A DNA stretch of 64,000 nucleotides, taken from NCBI RefSeq assembly GCF_009914755.1, contig NC_060936.1. One strand, written 5' to 3'. Of this stretch, positions 48,344 through 63,562 are shown piece after piece. Numbering within the stretch: position 1 is the stretch's first letter; each line of letters opens with the position of its first letter. Below the pieces are notes generated by a model that was not told the origin of the DNA, did no database searches, and worked only from the letters and a program-made list of their open reading frames with translations. Both the position numbers and the translations under genes were made by a program. The DNA comes from the human T2T-CHM13v2.0 reference genome, Homo sapiens.

Positions 48344-48632
48344 TTTTTTGAGATTGAGTCTCACTCTATCGCCCAGGCTAGAGTGCAGTGGTGTGATCTC
48401 AGCTCACTGCAACCCCCTGCCTCCCGGGTTCAAGCGATTCTCCTGCCTCAGCCGCCCAAGTAGCTGGGATTACAGGTGCCTGCCACCATGCCCAGCTATT
48501 TTTTGTATTTTTAGTAGAAATGAGGTTTCACCATGTTGGCCAGCCTGGTCTCGAACTCATGACCTCAAGTGACCCACCCACCTCGGCCTCCCAAAGTGCT
48601 GGGATTACACGTGTGAGCCACTGCACCTGGCC
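48344..48632 (-). mobile_element. AluSx/Sz-like element adjacent to a MIR
   Basis: ttcaagcgattctcc, gacctcaagtgacc; very short tail. Confidence 0.88.
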
Positions 48633-50004
48633 CACACCATTTTCTTTAAAGAGTCTCTCTTGGTCTTTTCAGGTCTGTCTGGCTCCCAAACCCATTTTCT
48701 CTCTACACTGCCATATTGCCACTAAGAGAGTGCAAGGATATTGTCTGTTTTGTTTATCTACTTAGGCCCAGCACATTGCACTGTGACTGCAACATCCAAA
48801 GTGCTTAAATAAATATTTTCAAGTAGATTGGTTGAACAAATTAGAATTTAACAAATATGCATTCTAATGTTCTATCACCTTTGAGAGAGTCATCTTTAAA
48901 AGATACCCAGTCATTCCAGTTGCACTGTAGTATCCTAAAATATTTTTGAATTCCAGTCCCTCTCTCCAAGTATCTTTCTCAATGTATAATACATTATCTG
49001 TTCTCAATAATGATTTGTCTTTGCTTTGAAAAGGTAAATCTCATTGAAATGGCCATAACTATGTAGGGTCAAGTATAGGCTATTAGTTGATGATCGAATT
49101 GGGTAAAACAGTTGTAATTACTGTGGGAAAGTGATGAGATGGATGTTCTTGTGAGTTTTATATTCTGATTCTGTCCTAAATGCTTTGAGCATTAACATCA
49201 TTACATGGTCTCTCAAATGGTTTGCTATGGGGAAAATTCTCATTAGGAGATATAAATTCTGATACACATAGTACCAAGAAAATATAATTGTTTTAATAGA
49301 AATCAATGTAAGTATTAGGTTTTCTTTTTATCCAAAGAATAAAAGGACCGAGAGTTTTCAGCTGAATTTTAAATAAAGCAGAGCAAAGTGGATTTGGGAG
49401 CCTGGATTTCATGTGTATAAGCTGGCAGAGCAGAAAGTGAGGAGTGGGAGTTGAAATGGGAACAAATATAAAACAAAAGGAGAATGAGAATAATGATGTA
49501 GACAAGAGCAGCCTTGTTTACATCTGGTTTTTCATATTACTGAAATAATGAAAAGGGTTTTGAGTGGGAAGCAATGTGAGCAACACAGGAGAATGTTTTG
49601 TTCTGTCTTCCACAGATTTAAACCTATTCAAATGTAATCTTTTCTCTTGAGTTCATCATATGCTTGGGAGCAATATTTTTTATCTTGTTTGTGAATCTTA
49701 AAATTAGATGTTTTTACCTTCTGTCTTACTCCTACCTACCTTTGAGCAGGCCAAATGTTTGTGCTGTAAAATCTTTAATCCATTACAATCTGTTACTCTG
49801 CAATTAGATGAAATGTCAGTGATTGACTTGTACTAGTTGTACTACAGAATAAGGGAGGAGAATGAGGACTCGCTGAAAAACAAGAGCTTAAATAATTAAA
49901 GAATGCGAGAGAGAGGAAGCATACACAGACACACAAACTTACTTGCTTTAAACATGATTAAATTCTTGCCAATTATGAACAAGAACTTTTAAATACTGTA
50001 AATT

Positions 50005-50110
50005 AATTTTATTTATTCATTCTTTCACTGATTTCATCATATATTAAACCTCTTTTATAAGCCAGGTATTGTGCTAACTTCAGGGAATACAGTGGTGAAT
50101 AAGATAGACC
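50005..50110 (-). mobile_element. L2 3'-end fragment, split by the REST retrocopy (continues ~56282-56300)
   Basis: ttattcattc...gccaggtattgtgcta...gggaatacagtggtgaataagatagacc|ctgc, typical of an antisense L2 tail. Confidence 0.65.
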
Positions 50111-50246
50111 CCCACGTTCGGCCACCTGACCTTCCGAGCTGGCGGGGCTGAGGCTGGAGTCCTCCCAGGAGCCACAGGGGAATGAAATTTGCAGACTTCC
50201 GGGGCGCCTGGCCCTGGGCGTTGGGCGAGCCCGGGGATGGTCGGAA

Positions 50247-50282
50247 GGGCTGGGGGTGGGGGTGGGGGGGCGTGGGGGGGGG
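50247..50282 (+). other. G-quadruplex-forming tract in the retrocopy 5' leader
   Basis: GGG-ct-GGGGG-t-GGGGG-t-GGGGGGG-cgt-GGGGGGGGG: five G runs with 1-3 nt loops. Confidence 0.7.
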
Positions 50283-50882
50283 CGGCAGGAGGAGCCCGAA
50301 CGAAGCCTTTGCGATTACAGTCATGGCCACCCAGATGGGGCAGTCTTCTGGAGGAGAAGGGCTGTTTACCGGCAATGGCAACATTGGAATGGCCTTGCCT
50401 AACGGCATGTATGACTTGCATGATCTCTCTAAAGCTGAACTGGCCTCACCTCATCCTGTCTTGCTGGCAAATGCGGCCTTCAGTGGGAAAGTAAATGGCA
50501 GCTGCTGTGATTACCTGGTCGGTGAAGAAAGACAGATGGCAAAATTGATGCCTGTTGGGGATGACAGCTTTTCAGATAGTGAAGAAGGAGAAGGCCTCGA
50601 AGAGTGCTGAAATGAAAGGTGAACCTCATGGGCTGAGACGTTTGGAACTCAGCGTTGTAGAACTTCAGCCTGCATTTGAAGCATCAGCTGCTCCAGAGAT
50701 TTACAGCTCAAATAAAGATCTTCCTCCTGAAACACCTGGAACAGAGGACAGAGGCAAGAACTCGAAGACCAAATCCTTTCGCTGTAAGTCATGCCAATAT
50801 GAAGCAGAATCTGAAGAACAGTTTGTGCATCACATCAGAGTGCACAGTGCCAAGAAATTTTTTGTGGAAGTGCGGAGAGGCA

Positions 50883-51145
50883 GGCCGCGGTGGCTCACGC
50901 CTGTAATCCCAGCACTTTGGGAGGCCGAGACGGGAGAATCACCTGAGGTCAGGAGTTCGAGACCAGCCTGACCAACATGGAGAAACCCTGTCTCCATTAA
51001 AAATACAAAATTAGCCCGGTGTTGTGGCGCATGCCTGTAATCCCAGCTACTCGGGAGGCTGAAGCCAGGAGGCGGAGCTTGCATGCGGTGAGCCGAGATC
51101 ATGCCATTGCACTGCAGCCTATACAACAAGAGCGAAACTCCGTCA
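50883..51145 (+). mobile_element. AluSp-like SINE inserted in the REST retrocopy CDS
   Basis: Diagnostics ctgaccaacatggagaaaccc, gcggtgagc, ccattgc, aacaagagcgaaactcc; short deletion in the right arm. Confidence 0.85.
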
Positions 51146-51230
51146 AAAGAAAGAAAGAAAGAAGAAATAAAGAAAGAAAGAAAGAAAGAAAAAAGAAAGA
51201 AAGGAAAAGAAAGAAAAGAAGGAAAAGAAA

Positions 51231-51299
<69 letters not shown>

Positions 51300-51305
51300 A
51301 AAGAG
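51146..51305 (+). repeat. Complex (GAAA)n microsatellite derived from the Alu tail
   Basis: About 160 bp of almost pure G/A, with a long perfect GAAA run near 51232-51300. Confidence 0.95.
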
Positions 51306-52408
51306 AAGGAAGCAATAGACAAGGAATCTGGCTCTTCCACTGCAGAAGAGGGAGATTTCTCCAAGGTCTGTATTCGCTGTGACCACTGTGGCTACAATAC
51401 CAATCGATATGGTCCCTATACTGCACACCTGAAACACCACACCAGAGCTGGGGATAATGAGCGAGTCTACAAGTGTATCATCTGCACATACACAACAGTA
51501 AACGATATTTGGAAACTGTAAGCCTGGAATTAGGAGACATAACTATTCCTTCAAGTTTTATAGAATATCACTTGGGAGATTCCAAAACCATAGCTATTAC
51601 ATGGCAAACCTAGGATAAGAGCAGTAGTATGAGTGCTGGCAGACCAGCTGCCACTTTCCTATACAGTGAAAAAGGCCGGTGAAACAAGTACAGGCCAGAT
51701 TTTTAAAAATCATACTTTCTCAAGGATCTCCACAAACTGGAGGGTGTCCTGGCTGTCTGTGTGATAGCCTCTTTCTACAAGTGAGGCCTCAAATGAACTG
51801 CAGCTATCCTGGTGTTCCTGTGGGGGCACTTTGTATGAAAAAAGGGCATGTACTCCAAAACATTTTTGTAGGTTCTTTGGCCAGGCGCCAAACAGTACGA
51901 AAGAGTCCAATGTAGGATTTTTCTTACTGATAGCAGTTATTCATTGCAGTGAAATAAAATATGATCCCAGTAGGGAATCTTGAATTCTGACCTCCCATGT
52001 TCTATTTTGAAATAACCACTTTATGTTTCTTTTTTTTTTTTTATCTGATGATCTCTTTGAGGCCAGCTTCAGATTTTGGTGGTACAACATGAAAGATTAG
52101 GAAAAGCATTAATAATCTGTGGGTGGAAAACTTATTAGAAATCTGAGAGTAAAGTTTGAGTTAAAAGTTGTTTGAACATGGAATTGACTGGGAGGCCAAA
52201 GATTTTTAAAAGCAGAAGATTCTTAAGACCTGAGGAATAAGTTATGTGATAATGGTGTGTGTTTTGTGTGCATGAATGGAAATTGTAAATGTTGAATTCT
52301 AGGCTCCGATAATCACTGTCAACAGAAGATCAAGCTGCAAATATTTATGCTTTAAAACTTAAATTATAAAGCTAGTTAAATCTTTCTAACAACTAGTTTT
52401 AATGTTCA

Positions 52409-54707
<2,299 letters not shown>

Positions 54708-56532
54708 AGGAATTAGTTTGGGGAAAATGTTTTTTTGTGGATTCTTTCATACTGCAAAAGTAAAACCATTTGCCTTCTGGGGAATTGAGCTAAATTCTCA
54801 TCTAGTCTAAGACTAAAATGCTAAAAACAAAAACATGAAGGAAATTAAAACCCCTTATTATTAAATCGATTTGTAAAAATGTTGTTACTGGAAATTTATT
54901 GGACTTGAGGCCTTCTTCCAGAAAATAAGGACTTGATTGTCAGGGCCTGTATTAGGTTCTGAACCTTAATGCCATGTATTCGTACTTATCAGAAATTATT
55001 TCAGTGAAAAGTACATTAGCAGTATGAACTTCTGATCCAGTTGGAAGTTCTTCCATTTGAAAAATGTGATATTTGCATGGAACTGTTTTCATCTTTTTCT
55101 TTTCTAGTCCCACTCCCCCACACTGGATAGAATTTAAGCTAGAATTTTCCCTTTTGATAAAAGAACAAAAAATGAACATGTTATTTGTAAGTTGATGTGT
55201 AGTATCTAGTGATAAACTTGAAACACTAGAATACATGACAAGCCTAATCTTAGGTAGTCTTATGAAAACGAATCTCTTACCTATCTTTTGAAACTATATT
55301 CACATTGATTTTTAAGATTTTTTAAGTTATATTTTTTCCTTTTTTCTTCAGAGCTGCTTCTTATTTTGGCACCACTTTTTTCTTTTATTGTGTAATTCAC
55401 AAGGGGCTGCATTTTTTTTTTTTTTTTTTTTGATAAGGCTTGTAACTATGGCTGGATGTTTTGCTCTAGTCTTCTAAGAAAGGCCATTTTATTTTTCAGA
55501 GTCACTTATAAAGTCATGTGTAACTAACTTTGTAGACTGTTTTGCATATGACTGCTGCTACAAATTAAAACCCAAATAGACCTCATTGCATGTCACTCTA
55601 TGAATGTTGACAATGAAAGGAATACCTTGCCTGTGGTATACTGTCACTTTTGGACTGAAAAGCTGAGGAAGAAACTTAATTTTCTTTTTTGCATAAGTCA
55701 GAAAAACTTACAGCTGGTGTTCCCAGTTTCCTGGTTGACTCCAGCAGATGAAATGAACAGATAGTGTTAATTCAGACTGAAGAAATTATCTGAATCTTGG
55801 CTTGTGTAGATTTACAATCTACATGCAATATTAACTAAATCAGATAGCTTTTACAGTTTCACATGTGTACATAGGTTCCCTCCCAGTCCCTTCCATACCC
55901 ATTAGTTATTGAACTTTCTAATTCTATTGAAACATTACAACAGTGTTTTGTTGCACCAATTTTATAAACTTATGCCGTGCAATACGTGTTATTTTTCTGA
56001 GGCAGACCAAAGGTAAATTTCTCAAGGTTCTTGCTGCCTTCTTTAGCAGTATTTGAGGGAGGATCTTTTATACATTTGTAACAGATAAAAATGAAGCAGA
56101 TTGCAAATCCTTTTTTAAAATCTTAAACCATGTACCAAGTTTTTGGTCCAAATTGTGTAGGATAAGTTAACCTTAAATTGCATTCTATTAACCAATAAGA
56201 GGGTATTTCCGTAAGCATAGTTATGTTGAAATACAGTTTTAAAAAGCAAAAAAAAAAAAAAAACAAAATAAAAGATAGACCTGCTAAGCTTAGTCAATTA
56301 AAAATTAATGGTGAGACAGAACTACAGGGTAGATTAAAGCTCAGCCTATATGCATCACCATGACTCCGCTTACTACTGATGTCTCCTTCGGCTTGTTGCT
56401 TAATCCTTTCATAAAATGGGATTAGTATTTACTCACCTCCATGAGTTGTGACACACTCTAAATGAGATAATTAATGTAAAGCACTTAGAACAATACTTGG
56501 CACCAGAGAAGCTCTCAAAAAAATATTAGCGG

Positions 56533-56849
<317 letters not shown>

Positions 56850-57194
56850 TTATTAAAAACATTGGTCAGAGCCCTTATTTCCTTGCCAGCCGAAAAGCAT
56901 TGCTCTGATGACTAGATTTACATCCTTCCTTTTTTGAGGACAGTGGGACAGCCTAAGTGTTCAGAAGGCATTGTCATACATGGTTTTAATAAAAAAGTGG
57001 ATATCTGAGCCTAGATACCATGTGCGAGAGTCTGTGGGATGTGAAAAGATTGCACAAAGACGAACCCAGTTTAAGGCTCAGCACGTGTGAGTGGAAGATA
57101 GTGCTACCATGGTGTGACCTCAGTGATTGTGCACCAATTAATTCCTCTAAGCTCTGACACCCCACAAAGGAACTCAAAGTTTCAGGCTCTGCTA

Positions 57195-57815
57195 AAATAA
57201 GACAGACAATAGCAAGTGTTGGCAAAGATGTGAAAAAATTGGAATTCTTATACGTTGCTAATGGAAGGTAAAATGATGTAGCCACTTTTGAAACCAGTTT
57301 GACAGTTCCTCAAAATGTTAAATAAAGTTGCCATGCTATCCAACAATTCTACTAAGTTCTACCCAAGAAAAATGGAAACTCATGTATACACACCAAAAAA
57401 AATGTACAACAACAGTAGTAGCATTTTTCATAACAGCCAAAAAAGTAGAAACAACCAAAATATTCATCAAGTGATGAATGGATAAGCAAAATGTGGTATA
57501 TCCATACAATAGAAAATTACTTAGCTGTAAAAAGAAATAGTCTTGATACATGCTATAACACTCATGAGCCAAAATAGGCAAATCCACAGACAGACAGAAA
57601 GTAGATTCATGCCTAAGGGTAAGGTTAGGATAGGAAATGGGGAATGACAGGTAATGGGTATGGGATTCTTTTGGAGTGATGAAAATCTTCTAGAATTAGA
57701 TAGCAATGATGGTTACATAACCCAGTGAATATACTAAAATCCACCAAACTGTACACTTTAAATGGGTGAATTTTATGGTATGTGAATAAATACCATTTTT
57801 CTCAATAAGCTGTTT
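57195..57815 (+). mobile_element. Old L1M (L1MB/MC-like) 3' fragment
   Basis: aagtgttggcaaagatgtg, gataagcaaaatgtggtatatccatacaat, gggtgaattttatggtatgtgaat. Confidence 0.75.
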
Positions 57816-57850
57816 CTTATTTTTTATTTTCTTTATTATTTTTATATTAA

Positions 57851-58228
<378 letters not shown>

Positions 58229-58659
58229 TGAAACAGCCCTCAGGTGTGCTGGAAATGTCTTTCCTGGGGCTGTTTCAAAAGTTTTGGGATATTCGCTGAA
58301 AATATTCTAGTCTCTCTTTAAAGTAGAACACTTGTCTCCAAAATCACACTCCTTATTACCATTTCTATTGATATAAGGGCAGTACTAAGGTTCACTTTTT
58401 AGAGATGAGGAACCCAGGCCTAGGACATATGCTAGCCAATGAGAGCTCAAGATGTAAATGCCAGTTTTTCTGATTCCACAGCCATTTTCTAGTAGTCTAC
58501 TCTCCCTTAAGACAAGAAGTTTATGCCTAATTCTCCTGATGTAAAAACAAAGTTTTAAACATGAGAACCAATCTTTTTGCAGCTTGTTTTCATACTGTAG
58601 CTTCTCAGAGATTCCCCCAAGTTGCTCTTTTCCAGACCTTTTTCCTACTAACATCGTGA

Positions 58660-59165
58660 CTTTTTAAATTGAAATAAAATTGGCATGCAATAAAATGCAC
58701 AGATGTTAAGTGTACAGTTCAATGAGTCTTGACAACGCTATACACAGTGTAACACCAATCAAGCTACAGAACATTTCTTATCCCCAAAGAAGTTCCTCAT
58801 ACCTCTTTCCAATGTGTCTTAGTGCAAGCTCCTAGAGGTAACTTCTGTTCTGATTTTTCTTACCACAGATTAGTTTGCCTGTTTTGAACTATATACCATG
58901 GAATCATGTTATTTTGTGTCTGGCTTCTTCAGCTCAAGATGATGTTTATGAGATTCTTCATACAGTAATATTTCACTCCTTTTTATTGCTAAGTGGTATT
59001 CTATTATGTGAATATATCAAGATTTATCCATTTTCCTATTGGTGGACTTTTGGGTTACTTCCAGTTTGAGATTGTTAGGAATAAAGCTGTTGTACAGCTT
59101 TCTGTGGACATATGCTTTCATTTCTCCTGAACTGCTGGTTCATAGGTAGGTGTATGTATCACACT
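58660..59165 (-). mobile_element. Old L1M (L1MC/ME-like) 3' fragment
   Basis: aaatgcacagatgttaagtgtacagttcaatgag, ttttattgctaagtggtattctatt, ggaataaagctg. Confidence 0.7.
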
Positions 59166-60284
59166 TCTTTAAAGCTAAAATGACCAGGACCCCAGGTAAT
59201 AGTCTATACAGGAATGTGTTGTGATACCTACTGTACAGGCTTCAGTCATGTTTTCTTTTCATTCTCACTAGCCTCCACGATGATGCTCAGTACCACCTTG
59301 ATTCTTGACCTGGGCACTATGTTGTCTATCGTCCACCGTACAACTGGCACCTCATAACACACGTTTATTCTCTAAGTGTAGGTGCATACCCACACAATGC
59401 TGTTAGATAAAAAGATGCCTTGTTTACCTGTTTCGTTGTCTCGATAGGTAGAACATAAGCTTCTTATAAGTGAGGAAAGCATCTTAGCACTTTTGCACAT
59501 CACAGTAATTAGCTCTTAGGAGAAAGTATGGCATGGATCAAATGAGCATAGAACTCGGAGTCCAAGTCACATCAACTCTCTGAGCCTCATTTCCACATAT
59601 GTTAAATATTATTGAAAAAATGTAAAATAAATTATATACCTATGTGTTTGAAATTTAAAAGTTATTTTTCAAGCATAGGTCTGTCCAATGCCAAATGAAT
59701 TCCTAAAATAAACAATCGGATACATCGAGTAGCTATTCACTTTCACTATTTTATGGGGGGAAAACAATCCATTGTTTACAGAACCGTTTAAAAAGTTTAG
59801 GAGTATTTTCACTCTCACTGCAGGGCTAGTGAACATCTCAGTATCTTTGTCACCACTTCCTTCCATCCTTCCCAGATTTCAAGTGCCCGAAGGCAAAGTA
59901 GAATGACCCCTAAGCTTTTTTCGAAAGCTGATGGAATAATTCCCTGTCAGCCTACTTTATGCAAAACAACTTCCGGCACTGGCTGTCACCCTGCCAACCA
60001 TATCTCCACTCTTCTTACTTTTTGCTCTACTTTAAATGTCTCTCAAATCATTAATCATATGCAATTATTTTCCCCCTGGGACGGGCCACAGCAAGATTGT
60101 GAACAAGAGATGGCAAAGTACTCACTGGGGCGCCTTGCTCCTGGGCTTCAGGAGCTGGCAGACTTCTGGCTTGAAAAAGAGCAGGACATTGCACAGTGGG
60201 AGAACCCGGGGCACACAAACCCAGCTCAAGTCAAGCTATCTACTCACAACTTTAAAATGCTTATAGGGCACTGTTGTCAGAGGT

Positions 60285-61003
60285 GACTGTCGGGCGAAGT
60301 GTCAGAGCCCTGGCATCAGGAAGTGCTCAACTCACGTGTTGGTAAAAAGAATTTACCAACAACAGCATAGGTTTGAAAAGGAAAAGTTTATTGGAAAGAA
60401 AGAACACGCAGAAGAGTGCAGCAGTGCACCGCAGTGAGAGGACTGAGTGCACTGCTGTGGGTTTTTCCTTAGGGGTATTCATGGACCTTAAGGCGGGAGC
60501 TTAAGGGTAATTTGGACCGTATTAGTCACATAGATCATGATAAATGATCAAGTTTGTAGACATTTTGGTGTGTTAATGTCAGCAAGGGTTGTAAAATGAG
60601 TTTTGGAATGGCATTACTGATATAAGATACTGAGCTGTGAAGAATTGCCCCAAATTTAAAAATTTTTAAAGAATGAGAAAGCTACCAAAAATGTATGGTT
60701 CCCTAAATGTACTGCAATGGGAACTATGGCACTGACCATTCTCCTAAATTTCCATTTCTATATAAAGAGATGTATAGAAATTTTAATTACTTAGAAAGAT
60801 TGAAAAAGGCCTGGAACCAGAGGCCAACTTTGGATATTAGGAAAGTCTAATTACTTCTAATTTTCCCAGATAAGGAGTTGTGCCTCCGGAGGGCCTGTTT
60901 AATAGTCACCGGGTGACCCGTACTCTCTTCTAAATTCCTCAAATAAGGAGTTTTTGTCTCCGGGGCCTTTTCAATGGTCACCAGGTGATTTTCACTCTCC
61001 TCT
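60285..61003 (-). mobile_element. ERV1-class solo LTR (family unresolved) containing a foreign ~140-bp insert
   Basis: Minus-strand AATAAA (aagtttattgg) and imperfect ~75-bp tandem units (ataaggagtt...ctccgg...gtcacc-ggtga) at 60870-60990. Confidence 0.6.
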
Positions 61004-61904
61004 GTGACCTGGTTTGTCCTCGAATGGAACCCTGCTTCCAGCATCCCTTCTGAAAGCCTTCTACATCAATATTTCTCTTTTCATGTGAACTATAACTATG
61101 TTATATGCAAGAATAAATTTCTGGGCCCTGGATAACACTAGAATACAGACAGAAACATTTATGAGTGAAGCGAAAGGCCCCACGTACAATTCTAGATGAG
61201 GACAAAAAGGAAAATTTGAAACTATCTCTAGTCAACTTTTCTTATTCTCTAAGCTGCAGATACTCTGGAATGTAGTCAGAGGTTGAGATTTGCCACAAGT
61301 TAACCAACTGCTCTTCACTTTAAGCTGTGATTTCTACATGAATAAATCAATATTCCGACAAGGTGCTTCCCTGAATTTTAACGTTCTGCTAGTGTTTTAA
61401 AGATAGGAGAAAAAAATGTTTTTCAGAAACCAACATAGCGTCAGAAATAGTCTGCTCTTAATCGTATCTCAGTGTCAAAAAACAAAAACAGAGTGAGATT
61501 AGAATATTAAAATAGGCAGAGAGTGTGGAATTTTATGTTTTTATTTTATAACGTATTTTTGGATAGCCTCTCAAGTCATAAACAGGGAATATAGAAAGCA
61601 GACTTTGAAATGCCCGCCTGATATAAAATAAACATTAATATTTAACTTAGAATCAGAGGAGAGATGTACGCCTCTTTTCAAGGTCATCAACTTTCCAAGC
61701 TGTGTCACACTGATGTTCTGTTTATGTTGAAGCCATGCTGCCATGTTTGAAGATGACATAAAGGCAATGGAACCTATGTGTCGCAGTAGGATTACCTAAT
61801 TTTGGTTTAAAAAATGCCATTTTTGTTTCTTTTTGGTAAACAGTGCTCTCTATTTCCTGGAAAATCACGTATAGTGCAAATTTACCTTTACTCATGTTTA
61901 AGGT

Positions 61905-62125
61905 CACACCATTGAGTATCTGCTTAAGTCAAGCACTGTGCTCAGTGTGTAACTCATTTACTCACAACAACACTGTGGGGTAGGCGCCATTATTATCCCC
62001 AATTTATAGGCAAAGAAGCTGAAACTCAGAGAAGTTGGAATTCCACGTGGCCAAGTAGCTAATAATGGAAGGGCTGAGATTCAGAATTTTGTCTGACCAT
62101 AAGGTTCTTATCCATCATGTTAAAT
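61905..62125 (-). mobile_element. MIR
   Basis: ctcacaacaacactgtggggtagg...attatccccaatttataggcaaagaagctgaaactcagagaag. Confidence 0.75.
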
Positions 62126-63270
62126 TTACTCTAACTTAGAAATAGGTCACAGGGCCTATGCAAGGGATGATGTTTTGGTCTGCAATACATACACTCCACA
62201 CATGCCCTATAGTTGTCTGTTTCTTTACTCCAAACTCCCAGCAATTCTGCCAACACCGCAACACCACACAGTACCAAGGGAGGGCTGCAACAGCCAGCAT
62301 CCATTCAACACCACTCCCAAGTCTCTTAGCTGCTCCCAAGATTTCTGGGCCACTCTTTCCATGATATACATATGCATGAAAAATCTCATATAAAATTCAC
62401 ATGCTTCTGTTTTCAAGTCCCTCTATTCCCCATCCTTTGCTTTATTCCATTCCACAATAGTGCAAGTTCCTGGAAAAACGCAATAATGTCTTCCATCTCT
62501 TTCATCACCTTCCCTTTTACCAAATAGGATGAGGAGCATGGAGTAGAATATCCATCCCTGTAATTATACCTAAAACACTAAAGATCAGTGAAGTGTGTAT
62601 TTTAATGTTCTCCAAATAGTATTTAATTAGGGGTACTTGAATATATGAGAAATGTCTTTGCAAAGTAAATGTTTTACGTGCTTAGAGTTTTCTAAGCCCT
62701 TGTGTTTCATAATGCAATATAAGCTCTTTATTAGTACCCTCTGGCTGAGATAAGATATTGAGCTGTGAAGAATTGCCCAAAATTTAAAACTTTTTAAAGA
62801 ATAAAAAAGCTACCAAAAAATGTATGATTCCCTAAAATGTACTGCGATGTGAACTGCAGCACTGACCATTCTCCCAAATTTCCATCCCAAAACCCTGCTT
62901 CTCATGAAAGAGAGAGAGAAAAATAGGGAGAAAAAAGCACATGCTGCATCTTACAAAACCAGATAGTTACTAAATGCTTGTCATTTGGTCCCCAAATTAT
63001 CCTTTCTTGAAATCCAAATCTTTAATATTTTAAAGAATAAATTGCAGCATTTCTGCCTTGAGGTTTTTATGTCATCTTCATAGGAATCATTTTGACCAAT
63101 TTTACATATAACTTAGCTAAATTTTTGTGTTAGATCTGAATCTTGGAGCATAACTAGTCTGTATTAGATGAGGAACAGTTGTCATTTTCAGTTATGACTC
63201 TCCAAACGTCATATCAGCTGGTGCTATGGCTCTGATTTCCTCTATCAGCAGCACCTCTCTCGGGTAATTT

Positions 63271-63562
63271 ATCTTTTTTTCTTTTTCCCCTTTTTTTTTT
63301 TTTTTTTTTTTGAGACAGAGTGGTGCGATCTCAGCTCACTGCAACCTCCGCCTCCTGGGGTTCAGGTGATTCTCCTGCCTCAGCCTCCCAAGTAGCTTGG
63401 ACTATAGGCATGTTCCACCAGGCACAGCTAATTTTTGTGTTTTTAGTAGAGATGGGGTTTCACCATGTTGGCCAGGATGGTCTCTATCTCTTGGCCTCGT
63501 GATCGGCCCAACTCGGCCTCCCAAAGTGCTGGGATTACAGGTGTGAGCCACCACACCTGGCC
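63271..63562 (-). mobile_element. AluSc-like element with a ~30-nt deletion near its 3' end
   Basis: 13-bp TSD TCTCGGGTAATTT at 63258-63270 and 63563-63575; gagacagag|tggtgcgatc junction. Confidence 0.88.

Noticed and set aside
50305-50494. TACAG just before the retrocopy ATG as an acceptor for a SYT1-REST fusion
   Set aside because: Poor polypyrimidine tract; splicing from the phase-0 donor at 42181 would read out of frame with REST and stop at 50494
50830-51440. Long low-complexity ORFs (poly K/E/R or F/L/S)
   Set aside because: Artefacts of the Alu and the stop-free GAAA repeat
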